From IMG/VR virus record IMGVR_UViG_3300020216_000017, positions 1 to 25,099 of that record: DNA of 25,099 nt. One strand, given 5' to 3'. Both the position numbers and the translations under genes were made by a program. Under the pieces are notes generated by a model. That model was not told where the DNA came from. It did not search any database and saw only the letters and a program-made list of their open reading frames with translations. Below are positions 16,284-25,099 of the stretch, in pieces (the stretch's first letter is position 1; the number at the start of each line of letters is the position of its first letter). The stretch is from a virus (Duplodnaviria; Caudoviricetes).

Positions 16284-16922
16284 TTATATTGTCATTTTTC
16301 TCATTAATTTTAGCATAACATAAACTTCTCCAAATCGAGCATACAGCTCCTTTGTACTTCGAGGTATTCTGCTTAATACAAATGTTGCTGCATTCTCATT
16401 ATCCATTCGGACAAACTTGTTGAACTCTTTTTCTTCTTTTGGTGTAATTTGATTTTCTTTAAATCGTTTAACATAATCTTTTTCCACTTTTTCCTTAGAA
16501 AAGGTAAACAACATATCAAAAATATCTTGTACTTTTTCTAAAGATTCTTGGATGTCTTCATAAGAAAAGTCTTGGTCTGGTGTTATAATATCATAATTTT
16601 TAGCAAATTCAAAGAGTTCTTTGTTTTCTTTTGATACTTCTTTATTGTACCAAGACTTTTTATCCATTGTAGCTGTTGTATAATCAACCTTGTAAGTTCT
16701 ATAGTCTACGTTATACCTTATAGGTAGTTCTCCTATTTTTTCTTGTAAAACTAAGTAAAACTTTTTCCGAGAATCATTATACCGATAAGTGTATCTTGTA
16801 CAACAAGGGTACCAGTTAAATAATTTGTCTAGTTCAAAGGTAAAACTCTGGTTTTCTCCTCTATTATTTGGTACAGTTAGTACCCCGGTGTTTTCTTTTT
16901 TATTAAAATTGTTTACTTTCAC
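16284..16922 (-). CDS. Anti-sigma factor-like protein (Staphylococcus phage G1 gp67-like)
   Basis: LFNWYP..RYTY, WYNKEVSKENKELFEFAKNY and YARFGEVYVMLKLMRK resemble gp67 segments as recalled; same position between the SbcC-like gene and primase. Confidence 0.7.
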   Translation of the reverse strand: MKVNNFNKKENTGVLTVPNNRGENQSFTFELDKLFNWYPCCTRYTYRYNDSRKKFYLVLQEKIGELPIRYNVDYRTYKVDYTTATMDKKSWYNKEVSKENKELFEFAKNYDIITPDQDFSYEDIQESLEKVQDIFDMLFTFSKEKVEKDYVKRFKENQITPKEEKEFNKFVRMDNENAATFVLSRIPRSTKELYARFGEVYVMLKLMRKMTI

Positions 16923-16937
16923 TTATTTAATCTTCCT

Positions 16938-18818
16938 CTATTCAATATATGACACACCATGGTCTTTTTTAATTGTAAGGACATTTTCAAATAAAGGTTT
17001 TAAATCTTCCGAATGTGTGATAACAAATATACTGCCAACTTCTTTTTGACGTTCTTTTAAAATCTTAATTACATTTTCTGCACCAATAGCGTCTAGCCCA
17101 TCAAATACTTCATCATATAGGCTTAAGTTAACCGCAATGTTAGCTTTACTTTGAACTAAGTCTTGAATAGCAAAACTAATTGCAAGGTCAATTCTTTTCT
17201 TTTCCCCAGCTGAATTCGATTGGTATGTATTTCCACCAGAACCATTGATAACTTCAAGGTCAAATTTGTCTCTTAATTCGCCTTTGGCTGTTTCTGTTTG
17301 AGTAGAGAAACGAATCTCAATATCTGAACCTGATAGAGTAGACAGATAATAGTTTGCTCTTTCATTTAAGAAAGGTGTTACAAGATCCAATACATCTGAG
17401 CGAATACCTTTGTTAGAGAAAACTTCTTCTGCTAAAATCTTATATTGTGCTTGCTCTTCTTTTGCTTCATTTCGCTCTTGGTTTAGATCTTGGACTTCTT
17501 TTTCTAAACTTTTTTCTTTTTGGCTATCCCACTCTGGTTCAGGTACTTGTTTATAAGCTTGAAGTATTTTTTGGCTACTTTCAATCTGATTTTTAATCGT
17601 TTGAAGCTCATTTTCTTTTTGCTGAAGTTGATTGGTATACTGTTGCCTTTGGTTAACTAAATTTTGGTAGTTATTGTTAACTTCTTGTACTTGTTGCTTT
17701 TGGCTATCTAGTTCTTGCTTACTCTCTAAGTAACCTCTATTATACATTTCTAAAGCATTTTCTATTTTTTGAATATAATCTTGTTTTTCTTGAATGCTTT
17801 TAGTCAAACGCTGCATTTCTTTTTGTCTATGTTCTGTGTCTAATAAAGCACCACATACATAGCAATGTGTTTCAGTTTCTACCTTTTTGTAAGTCTGGTT
17901 GTCTTCTTCTAGATTACTTTTTGCCTGATTTAAAGCTGTCTGCAACTTCGTTATGTTATTCTGGAACTCTTGTACCTTATTTACTAAACCTTCGTCTACT
18001 TGCACAGAACGAACATCTGTCATTTCATCCAACGCTTCAATCTCAGGTAAAACTTCATCTTCTGTATCGTTTAACTCTTGTTCTTTTTTTCTTTTAGTTC
18101 TGCATAAAGAGCTATATTCTTCTTTTTGTTCTTCTATCTTGTTTTTTGTTGTTTGATACTTTTCTACTTCTTGATCATATGATTGCTTTTGGAACTGTTG
18201 TTCTTGTTCTTTAAGCTGAATTTGTCTTTCCATTTCTTGTTTATTTGCTTCAGCCTGTTTTGCTCTTTCTTTAGCAATCTCTTGAGCATATCTGTAGACC
18301 TCGATATCTGCAAGGTTTTCTAGTATTTGTTTTTTTCCTTTATCGGAAGCTTTTGCAAATATTTCAACATCACCTTGACCATACATTACACTATTCATGT
18401 AGGTAAGATAATCAATACCAAATACTTCTTGTATTTTTTTGTCTGTATCTGCTACAGATTTCTGAGTTAGATTGTTTTCTTCTTGATAAAATTTAACAGT
18501 GTTCTTATATTTTGAGTGTTTTCTGTATCTTTCGATTCGATAAGTTATTTCGTCTTTTTCAAATTCTAGGATAACAGATAGATTTTTCCCTACCTTATTA
18601 TTAATAATTTCGTCTGCTTTTTGTCCATTTGGACTTATGCCGTATAAAGCATATGTTATAGCAGACATTAACGTTGATTTTCCACTGCCATTTCTAGAAA
18701 AGGTGTCATTTGTGTTATTCTGCCCTTCGATTAACACAAGCCCTTGTTCATATAAGTTTAATTCCGCATGTTCTATAGACATGTAGTTATTCATTTCAAC
18801 TCTTTTAAACCGTAAAAT
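16938..18818 (-). CDS. sbcC: SbcC/Rad50-like recombination ATPase; probable ATT start
   Basis: Walker A NGSGKST, coiled coil with CYVCG zinc hook, signature SAGEKKR, Walker B YDEVFDGLD, ITHS. The frame extends upstream as ILRFKRVEMNNYMSI from ATT 18818, 7 nt after GGAGG. Confidence 0.9.
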   Translation of the reverse strand: MLRFKRVEMNNYMSIEHAELNLYEQGLVLIEGQNNTNDTFSRNGSGKSTLMSAITYALYGISPNGQKADEIINNKVGKNLSVILEFEKDEITYRIERYRKHSKYKNTVKFYQEENNLTQKSVADTDKKIQEVFGIDYLTYMNSVMYGQGDVEIFAKASDKGKKQILENLADIEVYRYAQEIAKERAKQAEANKQEMERQIQLKEQEQQFQKQSYDQEVEKYQTTKNKIEEQKEEYSSLCRTKRKKEQELNDTEDEVLPEIEALDEMTDVRSVQVDEGLVNKVQEFQNNITKLQTALNQAKSNLEEDNQTYKKVETETHCYVCGALLDTEHRQKEMQRLTKSIQEKQDYIQKIENALEMYNRGYLESKQELDSQKQQVQEVNNNYQNLVNQRQQYTNQLQQKENELQTIKNQIESSQKILQAYKQVPEPEWDSQKEKSLEKEVQDLNQERNEAKEEQAQYKILAEEVFSNKGIRSDVLDLVTPFLNERANYYLSTLSGSDIEIRFSTQTETAKGELRDKFDLEVINGSGGNTYQSNSAGEKKRIDLAISFAIQDLVQSKANIAVNLSLYDEVFDGLDAIGAENVIKILKERQKEVGSIFVITHSEDLKPLFENVLTIKKDHGVSYIE

Positions 18819-18854
18819 CTAAAACCCTCCTCAACGTCTATCCTTAATAGTATT

Positions 18855-18883
18855 ATTATAACTTACCTTAGAATAAAAGTCAA
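18855..18883 (-). promoter_or_regulatory. Sigma-A-type promoter for the sbcC-like gene
   Basis: TTGACT-17 nt-TATAAT. Confidence 0.85.
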
Positions 18884-18888
18884 TAAGG

Positions 18889-18922
18889 AAAACAAAAAAA
18901 CCTAGTAAAATGTACTAGGTTT
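18889..18922 (-). terminator. Rho-independent terminator overlapping the sbcD-like stop
   Basis: AAACCTAGTA-CATTT-TACTAGGTTT followed by TTTTGTTTT. Confidence 0.7.
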
Positions 18923-19961
18923 CCATTACTTTCTTTATTACGTCCAAAGCTTTATTTTCAAGGCTTGGGTTGTTTTTTTGGGTATAGGCTTTAACAACTT
19001 CTTCAGGTGTTGAGCCTGCTTTAATATCTATTCTAGGTTTTGTATCGTAATCTTTTTTAACATTCACTCGAATATTCGATAAATTATCTTGTTCTTTAAC
19101 TTCAGTAACTGCTCTAGCTTCTTCTGGACTTCCTATAAATTGATAGAAAGCATCTGACAGATCCTCAGGAGCACTAGTTGCATCGATAGAAACAAAAGGC
19201 CGATAAGTTGTCTTTACAAATTCATATATCCATTTTTTACCATCAATAGCAATGTAGTAAAATCCTTTATCTTGTCCTTCATCTGAAAAAGAAGTTTGCA
19301 AAGTATTCCCTACATAAAACACGTTAGGCAAATTTCCTAAGAATTGCCTTTTATGATAATGCCCTAAAGTTACAATATCAAAGTCGTCCGGGTATAAATC
19401 TGCAATTTTGAAAGCTCCCCCTAAAGTGTGAGAATACTTTCCAGTTACAGAACCTTCTACTCCAATATGAGCACATAAAATATTCACTTTACTCTTATCT
19501 AAGTTTTCTACTTGTTCAGTAATCCAATGTTTCATCTCATCTGTTTCTTCCCCATAGCCTACACCATACAAATTATAATAAGGTGTTTCTACTTTTTCTA
19601 AAGGTTTTAGCACCTTTACATGTTCTAAAGAGTTAAAAGGATATAAGGAATTCTCAGACTCCAAGGAATTTGTAACCATATCATGGTTTCCTTGAATCAT
19701 ATAAACTGTTAAATCGCTGTATTCTTTAAAAAGCTCATAGACTTGGTTAAACACCCGAACATCTACAACAGCTCGTTTATGAAATAAATCTCCATTAAAC
19801 AAAACGTCTGCTTCATTATTCCTGGCATACTCAAAGACTTCCTTTAAAACATTCAGTTGTTCTTTAAACCTATCGGTAACGTAATATTTATCAGGTGTTG
19901 AAAAATCCATAAATATATGAGCATGAAAATCTGAAAAGTTAACAATATTTGGCTTGGTCAT
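18915..19961 (-). CDS. sbcD: SbcD/Mre11-like metallophosphoesterase nuclease
   Basis: SDFH, GDLFH, GNHD, AH and GHYH motifs. Confidence 0.92.
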   Translation of the reverse strand: MTKPNIVNFSDFHAHIFMDFSTPDKYYVTDRFKEQLNVLKEVFEYARNNEADVLFNGDLFHKRAVVDVRVFNQVYELFKEYSDLTVYMIQGNHDMVTNSLESENSLYPFNSLEHVKVLKPLEKVETPYYNLYGVGYGEETDEMKHWITEQVENLDKSKVNILCAHIGVEGSVTGKYSHTLGGAFKIADLYPDDFDIVTLGHYHKRQFLGNLPNVFYVGNTLQTSFSDEGQDKGFYYIAIDGKKWIYEFVKTTYRPFVSIDATSAPEDLSDAFYQFIGSPEEARAVTEVKEQDNLSNIRVNVKKDYDTKPRIDIKAGSTPEEVVKAYTQKNNPSLENKALDVIKKVMET

Positions 19962-19965
19962 AAAA

Positions 19966-21438
19966 CTAGTTGTTTCCTTTCAATCTTTCGTTTAAGGAAG
20001 TTATTTTTTCAGTAGCGTCTTTTGTACTATACTCGCTATCATTTTTCCATGAAGAGCTACTTAATTGGTCAGCTTTTTCCAAAACTTCAAAATGTTCTTC
20101 CCGTTCTTCTGAAGTTTCATCACGGATAGTCATGGTCTCTACAACGACTTTAAAGTAGAGCATTCTATCAAAGCTCACACCGCTATTATTTCTTAGTTTA
20201 TCTACCCAAAGACGTAAAAACCCTTCTTTAAACTCCTCAGGTGTTTGGTTAATTGTCATAGCCAACTCTACTGCATTTAGTTTACGCTTAGAACCTTCAA
20301 TAGCATCTGCTTTTTTTATTTCTTGACCATACCCTGTACGATTCAACTGTGACAGCGTCCATAGTACAAAGTCATATTCTTGAGCTGTTGCCCGCAGGTC
20401 TTCATATAAGCGTCCACCTGCATCAGATTCGCTGTTTTCTCCTCGAACATGAGGGTTTTTCATCAAATCTGGGTAGTCTAAGATAACTACGTCAATCGGT
20501 CTTCCTGTTCGAATCTTAATATCAGAAATTAATTGTTGAAACATACTAGGAGACAATTCATGAGGACGGTATTTCTTAATCCAAAGTCTTCCCCAATGAT
20601 CATCCTTTTCTTCATCAATCTTATCTAAAAAAGCTTGATGCAAACTCTTGTGCAACTCTTTATCTAGCAGTCCATCAGGTACTAACTTTTCTGAACCTTG
20701 TTGGGAGAATAATTTCAAAAAACGTAAAATCATTCTGTCTAATTTTTCTTCTAAAGGTATATATAAAACGTTCTGTCCATTTTTAACATAATTTCTAGCT
20801 AAATTTACAGCTAAACTTGTTTTCCCTGAACCTGAACTTGCAATTGCAAGACCAACTTCACCTTTAGCTAATCCCCCATCTGCAATAGCATCTAGGGAGT
20901 AAAAATTTGTGGGATAAGTTCCTGAGGCTAACTTAGATAGCTCTCTTTCACGTAGATGTATATCATTAAAGAAATCAATAATTCCATTGTTTCCCATATC
21001 AATATCAATAGTTAAAATTTCTTTTAATTTCTTGACTAACCCCTCTATGTTATCAGAATCCCCTAAGCTACCTTTACTTATAGAGTCAGTTATTGCATTT
21101 GTAGCTAAGGTTTCTGTGATAAATTTGTTAATCATCTCATCATTTGTCTTTTCATTTACATCTGTGTAATCTAGCTCATAAGTATCTTCAATTTCTTTTT
21201 GAAGCTTAGAGGCTTTTTCCTCAGATGCTCCTCGATTATCCATACGTTCCTGAACCTTTGCAATAAATGTATCTTCTGCTAAAGGTTCTTTTTCTGTTTT
21301 GTAGTAAGAGTTTATTACATTAGCTAGCACTTGAGTATCTTCGTCAAACACCGTAATTGGCATCCTAGAAAAAACTTCCTTTGCAAATGCTGGCTCTTTT
21401 ATTGCTCTGTAAATTGTTTGTCTATATATACTTTTCAC
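19966..21438 (-). CDS. dnaB: DnaB-like replicative helicase
   Basis: Walker A ASSGSGKT, YIPLEE, ILDYPD, LSQLNR, KLRN. GTG start with GAGGTG RBS. Confidence 0.9.
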   Translation of the reverse strand: MKSIYRQTIYRAIKEPAFAKEVFSRMPITVFDEDTQVLANVINSYYKTEKEPLAEDTFIAKVQERMDNRGASEEKASKLQKEIEDTYELDYTDVNEKTNDEMINKFITETLATNAITDSISKGSLGDSDNIEGLVKKLKEILTIDIDMGNNGIIDFFNDIHLRERELSKLASGTYPTNFYSLDAIADGGLAKGEVGLAIASSGSGKTSLAVNLARNYVKNGQNVLYIPLEEKLDRMILRFLKLFSQQGSEKLVPDGLLDKELHKSLHQAFLDKIDEEKDDHWGRLWIKKYRPHELSPSMFQQLISDIKIRTGRPIDVVILDYPDLMKNPHVRGENSESDAGGRLYEDLRATAQEYDFVLWTLSQLNRTGYGQEIKKADAIEGSKRKLNAVELAMTINQTPEEFKEGFLRLWVDKLRNNSGVSFDRMLYFKVVVETMTIRDETSEEREEHFEVLEKADQLSSSSWKNDSEYSTKDATEKITSLNERLKGNN

Positions 21439-21480
21439 GTATTAACCACCTCTTTGTTTAATTTTTTAATTATATTTGTA

Positions 21481-21509
21481 AATATAGACCTAAAACTAAA
21501 CATTGTCAA
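21481..21509 (-). promoter_or_regulatory. Sigma-A-type promoter for the DnaB-like helicase
   Basis: TTGACA-17 nt-TATATT. Confidence 0.75.
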
Positions 21510-21517
21510 GAAAGAAT

Positions 21518-23170
21518 TTAATATTCTCGGTAGTCATGCATAGAACCATATTTTTCACTAATATATTCCATTTGGATTCCTTGTTCCTCTACATTTAAAG
21601 AAATGTTAAATTTGTTATAAATACGTTCAATATCTAAATTCCCAAGAACATCTAAAGGAATCTTTTCTTCACCAAACTCTTTAATAGCATCAAAATATTG
21701 GTATGGGTAAACTAGTAAATCTTTACATTCAGAAGCTATTCTTAGTATATCAAAAAAGTCTTTATGAGCACTAACTGAAAATTCCACTCGTTTTCCTTTA
21801 TCAATCATCTCTTTCTTTTCTTCATCCGTTGCTTCTAGTTGTTTATTATTATTCCCATAAGCGATCCATAAATCATTTTTATCTATTTCTGGATGAAGTA
21901 ACCCTGTTTGATACACAGCAGATAATTGAAGAATATTTTGTAGCACATAATTACCAAGAGAAGTCCCTTTTCTAGTTGCAATAGTAGAAATTTGTGTTTC
22001 TACAAATTTTATTAATGCTTCTTTTTTATTTCCTTCTAATTGACTGTTTTGAATTTCTTTTTTAACAGTGTAGTAATACAAATAAATACTTGCATTCATA
22101 TTTGACGTAGGCGCCGTAAATTTCATCATGTCAAGTTCTTTTTTAATATTTTTTCTAGCTACATCTGTTCTGTCTTTGTAGTACATGTCTCTTAAAATAG
22201 AAAATATAGGCACATCCATACCATTAGCAGGTACTTTACCACCATTAGCGTTGAAACCACGAGCGTATCTCCACTCGTAAAATTGAGTTTGTTGCACCCA
22301 TTGTTTCAAAGCTGTCTGAGAAGTTAGGGCATTGATATAAGGTACAGAACCTACTTTAGAAACACCTTGGTCTTCTAGGTATTCCGCCCGTTCAAATTGA
22401 ACAGTTAAATAAGCTAGTGGGTCAATGTCATCTCCTAAGAACCCTGCCAATTTATAAAAATGTTTAAATTGGACTGTACCAACAAATTCATGGGGCATAG
22501 AACGGTAATGATATCTTTGTGCAAAGACTCTTTTTGCTTGGTTATAACGTTGGTCGTCTTTACCTTTGAAACGTTCCATACGTTGTTGAGCAAAATAGAC
22601 CGTATAAGCGTCAAAAATTTTAGAGATTACATAAGCACGAAAAGCTCTTTGAGGGTTTTCAAAATTGTCAAATAAATCTCGATTGATTGAGTGCTTAGCA
22701 ATACGAGCGTTCATATCTGCTTCCCAATTTTGTTGTTGTGTCCTCAAAGCTCGGTCTTCAGCAATTTGTTGTTTTGTACGATAACGACGTTTAGGTTCTT
22801 TTTTAGGCTTTGAAGGAAATACTGTCTCTCGAATTTCCTTAGCTTCTTTTGTTTCTGAGGTTAAAGGATTATCTGTAGGTTCAAAGTTTAATAATTCTGA
22901 ATTGAACACCACAACGGTTCCTCCGCCTTTACCACGTTTAGCCTCTTTTGTCACTAAACCTAAATCTCTTAATTTATTAATATGTCGTGTAACTGTTCGT
23001 ACATCCTGAGAAACTTCTGTAGCTACTTCTGTCTTTTTTAAACAAGTAGCAAAGTTTTCTCCCCATTGTGTTGCTTGGCTTGCAATATGTTCTACAAATT
23101 TACGTAAGCCAAAATTGCTTGTAATTCCAAGTGTTTCTGCTGTATGGTAATCTAAAACTTTTTGACCCAT
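21518..23170 (-). CDS. Winged-HTH Rep-like/replication-associated DNA-binding protein
   Basis: N-terminal wHTH (KKTEVATEVSQDVRTVTRHINKLRDLGLV..KRGKGGG); lies between two helicases, as in phage K-like genomes. Confidence 0.75.
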   Translation of the reverse strand: MGQKVLDYHTAETLGITSNFGLRKFVEHIASQATQWGENFATCLKKTEVATEVSQDVRTVTRHINKLRDLGLVTKEAKRGKGGGTVVVFNSELLNFEPTDNPLTSETKEAKEIRETVFPSKPKKEPKRRYRTKQQIAEDRALRTQQQNWEADMNARIAKHSINRDLFDNFENPQRAFRAYVISKIFDAYTVYFAQQRMERFKGKDDQRYNQAKRVFAQRYHYRSMPHEFVGTVQFKHFYKLAGFLGDDIDPLAYLTVQFERAEYLEDQGVSKVGSVPYINALTSQTALKQWVQQTQFYEWRYARGFNANGGKVPANGMDVPIFSILRDMYYKDRTDVARKNIKKELDMMKFTAPTSNMNASIYLYYYTVKKEIQNSQLEGNKKEALIKFVETQISTIATRKGTSLGNYVLQNILQLSAVYQTGLLHPEIDKNDLWIAYGNNNKQLEATDEEKKEMIDKGKRVEFSVSAHKDFFDILRIASECKDLLVYPYQYFDAIKEFGEEKIPLDVLGNLDIERIYNKFNISLNVEEQGIQMEYISEKYGSMHDYREY

Positions 23171-23189
23171 AAGGTCTATCTCCTTTCTG

Positions 23190-24953
23190 TTACTTTGGCA
23201 AACTTACTTCCTTAACTTCAAAACCTTCGTTTAAGTAAATTTTCTTTCGTTCATCTGAGTGATTTTTTAAAAACTTATTCGTGTAATCCATAAAGTCGTA
23301 CACGTCTACTTTATTTTCTCCTGTTTTCTTCTTACGTAAGCCACGACCTACTCTTTGTAAAGTTTGTCTAAGTGATTTACCTCCTGCGCCTAATACTAAC
23401 GTATCTATACCAGAAATGTCCACCCCTTCGTCTAAAATTGAAGAAGAGATAAGCACTTTTTCTGTACCATCTCTCATTGCTTGGAGCTTTTCATCACGTT
23501 CATCATCTTCTAGTTCTCCATGAATAAAATTATTTGATACACCTAATTCATCTAGTTTATTCGAAATGGTTTCTCCTTGGTCAATACGATTGACAATGGC
23601 TAATACACCGTCTCCTCTACCTGCTTTTTTCTGAATGAGTTTAGCAATTAATGAATTTCGGTAGTCATTTTGTACAATACCTAAATCATAAGCTGTATGG
23701 TAGTCTTTTTCCTGGATAGTTGTAGGAGAAAGTATAGGGAAAATTGTGATTTTCGGTTTAGCTGAAATGCCTTTTTCAATCATTTCTTCATTGCTTACCT
23801 CTGTTGTAACATCCCCAAATACTGCTCTCATTCTTTGCCACAGCAATTTGTTGCTAGTATCAATAGAACCTGTCAGAGCCATTCGGTATTGAGCATTTTT
23901 ACAGCTTGTAAGCACTTGATACCAAGTATCTGAAGTTGTGTGATGTGCTTCATCTACAATCATCACTGCTATGGATTCTAAAAAGTCTATAGCATCTCGG
24001 TGTTTCTTTAAAAAAGCACCGTTCTTTTTCTCTATAACTTTTTGGTACTCTGCTTGGTAGTTTTTAAGCTTCATTTTCAACTGGTTGTCTGTACCTGAAG
24101 AGTAGATTAAATCTTCTAGCTCATCCATGATTTTTTGGTCAGCTTTTGTTTTTACTTTGTAATTCTTGATGTAGTTCATCAGAAAAGAACGCTGGTTAAA
24201 ACCTTTAATGAATTTAGGTGCTACTTCTTTAGCAATACGTTTATATCGACGTTCCTTTTCTGTAAGCTTAATCCCTTCTTCAGGAGATTTCTTTATGGCA
24301 TAAGACATTGTAGGAATCATGACAAAAGTTACTTGTCGAATATCTCTATGTTTACTATCGTATCTGCCAACTTTAATTCCTAAGCTGTCTTCGATAGCTT
24401 TAGCATTTTGTTTAAAGATTTCTTTACTGCTTGTAAAAAAAGCAATAGTTTCATCTGATTCTAAGTAGGGTGTTATCTGATCAATAAGACCTGCGGCTAC
24501 AAAACTTTTTCCTGAGTTTGTCGATGCATCAACCATTCCTGTTTGATTCTCGATAATGCCTTTAACAGATGCATACTGATGTTCCCAAAGCGTAATCTCT
24601 TCTTCGTCTTTTACAACGTTAATTGAAGAGTCCATATCCTCTACTTTCATAAATTTATCTGGTCTATCATCTATGATTTCAAATTGGAATCTGTATGTAC
24701 TTTGGAGCTCTCCCAGTATTTTTTCTACTTGGCTAATCAAGCCTAAGGGAAAAGTTCTGGTCTCCTTATCATAAAAATCTTTTATGCCATCCCATACACC
24801 TGCTCGATAAGCTTTAGAAAAATAGTATCCGTCTTCTTTAATCCCTAACTTATGATGCATTTCTTTATTTACAATTGGTTCTAATTGTTTGTCTGCATTT
24901 TCATATTCAATTCTTGCAAACATGATATCCATTAAAATTTTAATTCTTGTCAC
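23190..24953 (-). CDS. Superfamily 2 (DExH, UvsW-like) DNA helicase; start may be ATT at 24944
   Basis: ASTNSGKS, VDEAHH, ALTGS, ILDEGVDI, QRVGRGLR. Confidence 0.92.
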   Translation of the reverse strand: MTRIKILMDIMFARIEYENADKQLEPIVNKEMHHKLGIKEDGYYFSKAYRAGVWDGIKDFYDKETRTFPLGLISQVEKILGELQSTYRFQFEIIDDRPDKFMKVEDMDSSINVVKDEEEITLWEHQYASVKGIIENQTGMVDASTNSGKSFVAAGLIDQITPYLESDETIAFFTSSKEIFKQNAKAIEDSLGIKVGRYDSKHRDIRQVTFVMIPTMSYAIKKSPEEGIKLTEKERRYKRIAKEVAPKFIKGFNQRSFLMNYIKNYKVKTKADQKIMDELEDLIYSSGTDNQLKMKLKNYQAEYQKVIEKKNGAFLKKHRDAIDFLESIAVMIVDEAHHTTSDTWYQVLTSCKNAQYRMALTGSIDTSNKLLWQRMRAVFGDVTTEVSNEEMIEKGISAKPKITIFPILSPTTIQEKDYHTAYDLGIVQNDYRNSLIAKLIQKKAGRGDGVLAIVNRIDQGETISNKLDELGVSNNFIHGELEDDERDEKLQAMRDGTEKVLISSSILDEGVDISGIDTLVLGAGGKSLRQTLQRVGRGLRKKKTGENKVDVYDFMDYTNKFLKNHSDERKKIYLNEGFEVKEVSLPK

Positions 24954-24977
24954 CTACTTGTTTCGTCTTCAGTATCT

Positions 24978-25006
24978 ATTATACCAAATTTATTTTCTGT
25001 AAGCAA
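24978..25006 (-). promoter_or_regulatory. Sigma-A-type promoter for the replication module
   Basis: TTGCTT-17 nt-TATAAT with extended -10 TG and an AT-rich upstream tract. Confidence 0.8.
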
Positions 25007-25099
25007 CACTTTTGCAAAAATTTAACAAATTAATTTTAAAAACCTACTCTGACAATGGACTTTACTTCTTGTCAACCTTTTGTCCTATTTTAATTTTTG

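Noticed and set aside
5306-24383. Short plus-strand ORFs antisense to the main genes
   Set aside because: All lie almost entirely opposite well-supported minus-strand genes and lack recognisable motifs.
25047-25075. TTGACA near the window end as a second promoter
   Set aside because: No acceptable -10 hexamer at 16-18 nt spacing.
1-25099. CRISPR arrays, tRNA/rRNA genes, IS elements
   Set aside because: No regularly spaced direct repeats, cloverleaf-like sequences or transposase ORFs were seen; intergenic spaces are short and mostly explained by promoters and hairpins.

Overview
A 25 kb, AT-rich, gene-dense block coded entirely on the minus strand. It is the DNA replication and recombination module of a large lytic SPO1/Twort-like myovirus (Herelleviridae-like) of a low-GC Firmicute host. 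In the direction of transcription the genes are: SF2 helicase, wHTH Rep-like protein, DnaB-like helicase, SbcD- and SbcC-like nuclease subunits, G1-gp67-like anti-sigma factor, primase, a C5-cytosine methyltransferase broken by two in-frame stops, a small membrane protein, dUTPase, three hypotheticals, Holliday junction resolvase, two hypotheticals, DUF3310 protein, a conserved hypothetical, HU-like protein, family A DNA polymerase, free-standing HNH endonuclease, UvsY-like mediator, SSB, a frameshifted Acb2/Tad1-like protein, RecA, a hypothetical, phage sigma factor and SPP1-type holin. Four observations stand out. (1) A recurring regulatory layout places a promoter inside a hairpin whose upstream arm is complementary to the next gene's ribosome-binding site (holin, DNA polymerase, 256-aa gene). 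(2) A hidden Acb2/Tad1-like anti-defence sponge gene is restored by one extra A. (3) The methyltransferase pseudogene looks multispecific, with about four TRD-like modules. (4) SbcC and the SF2 helicase probably start at ATT codons. All family assignments come from motif recognition and recalled synteny, not from database searches.
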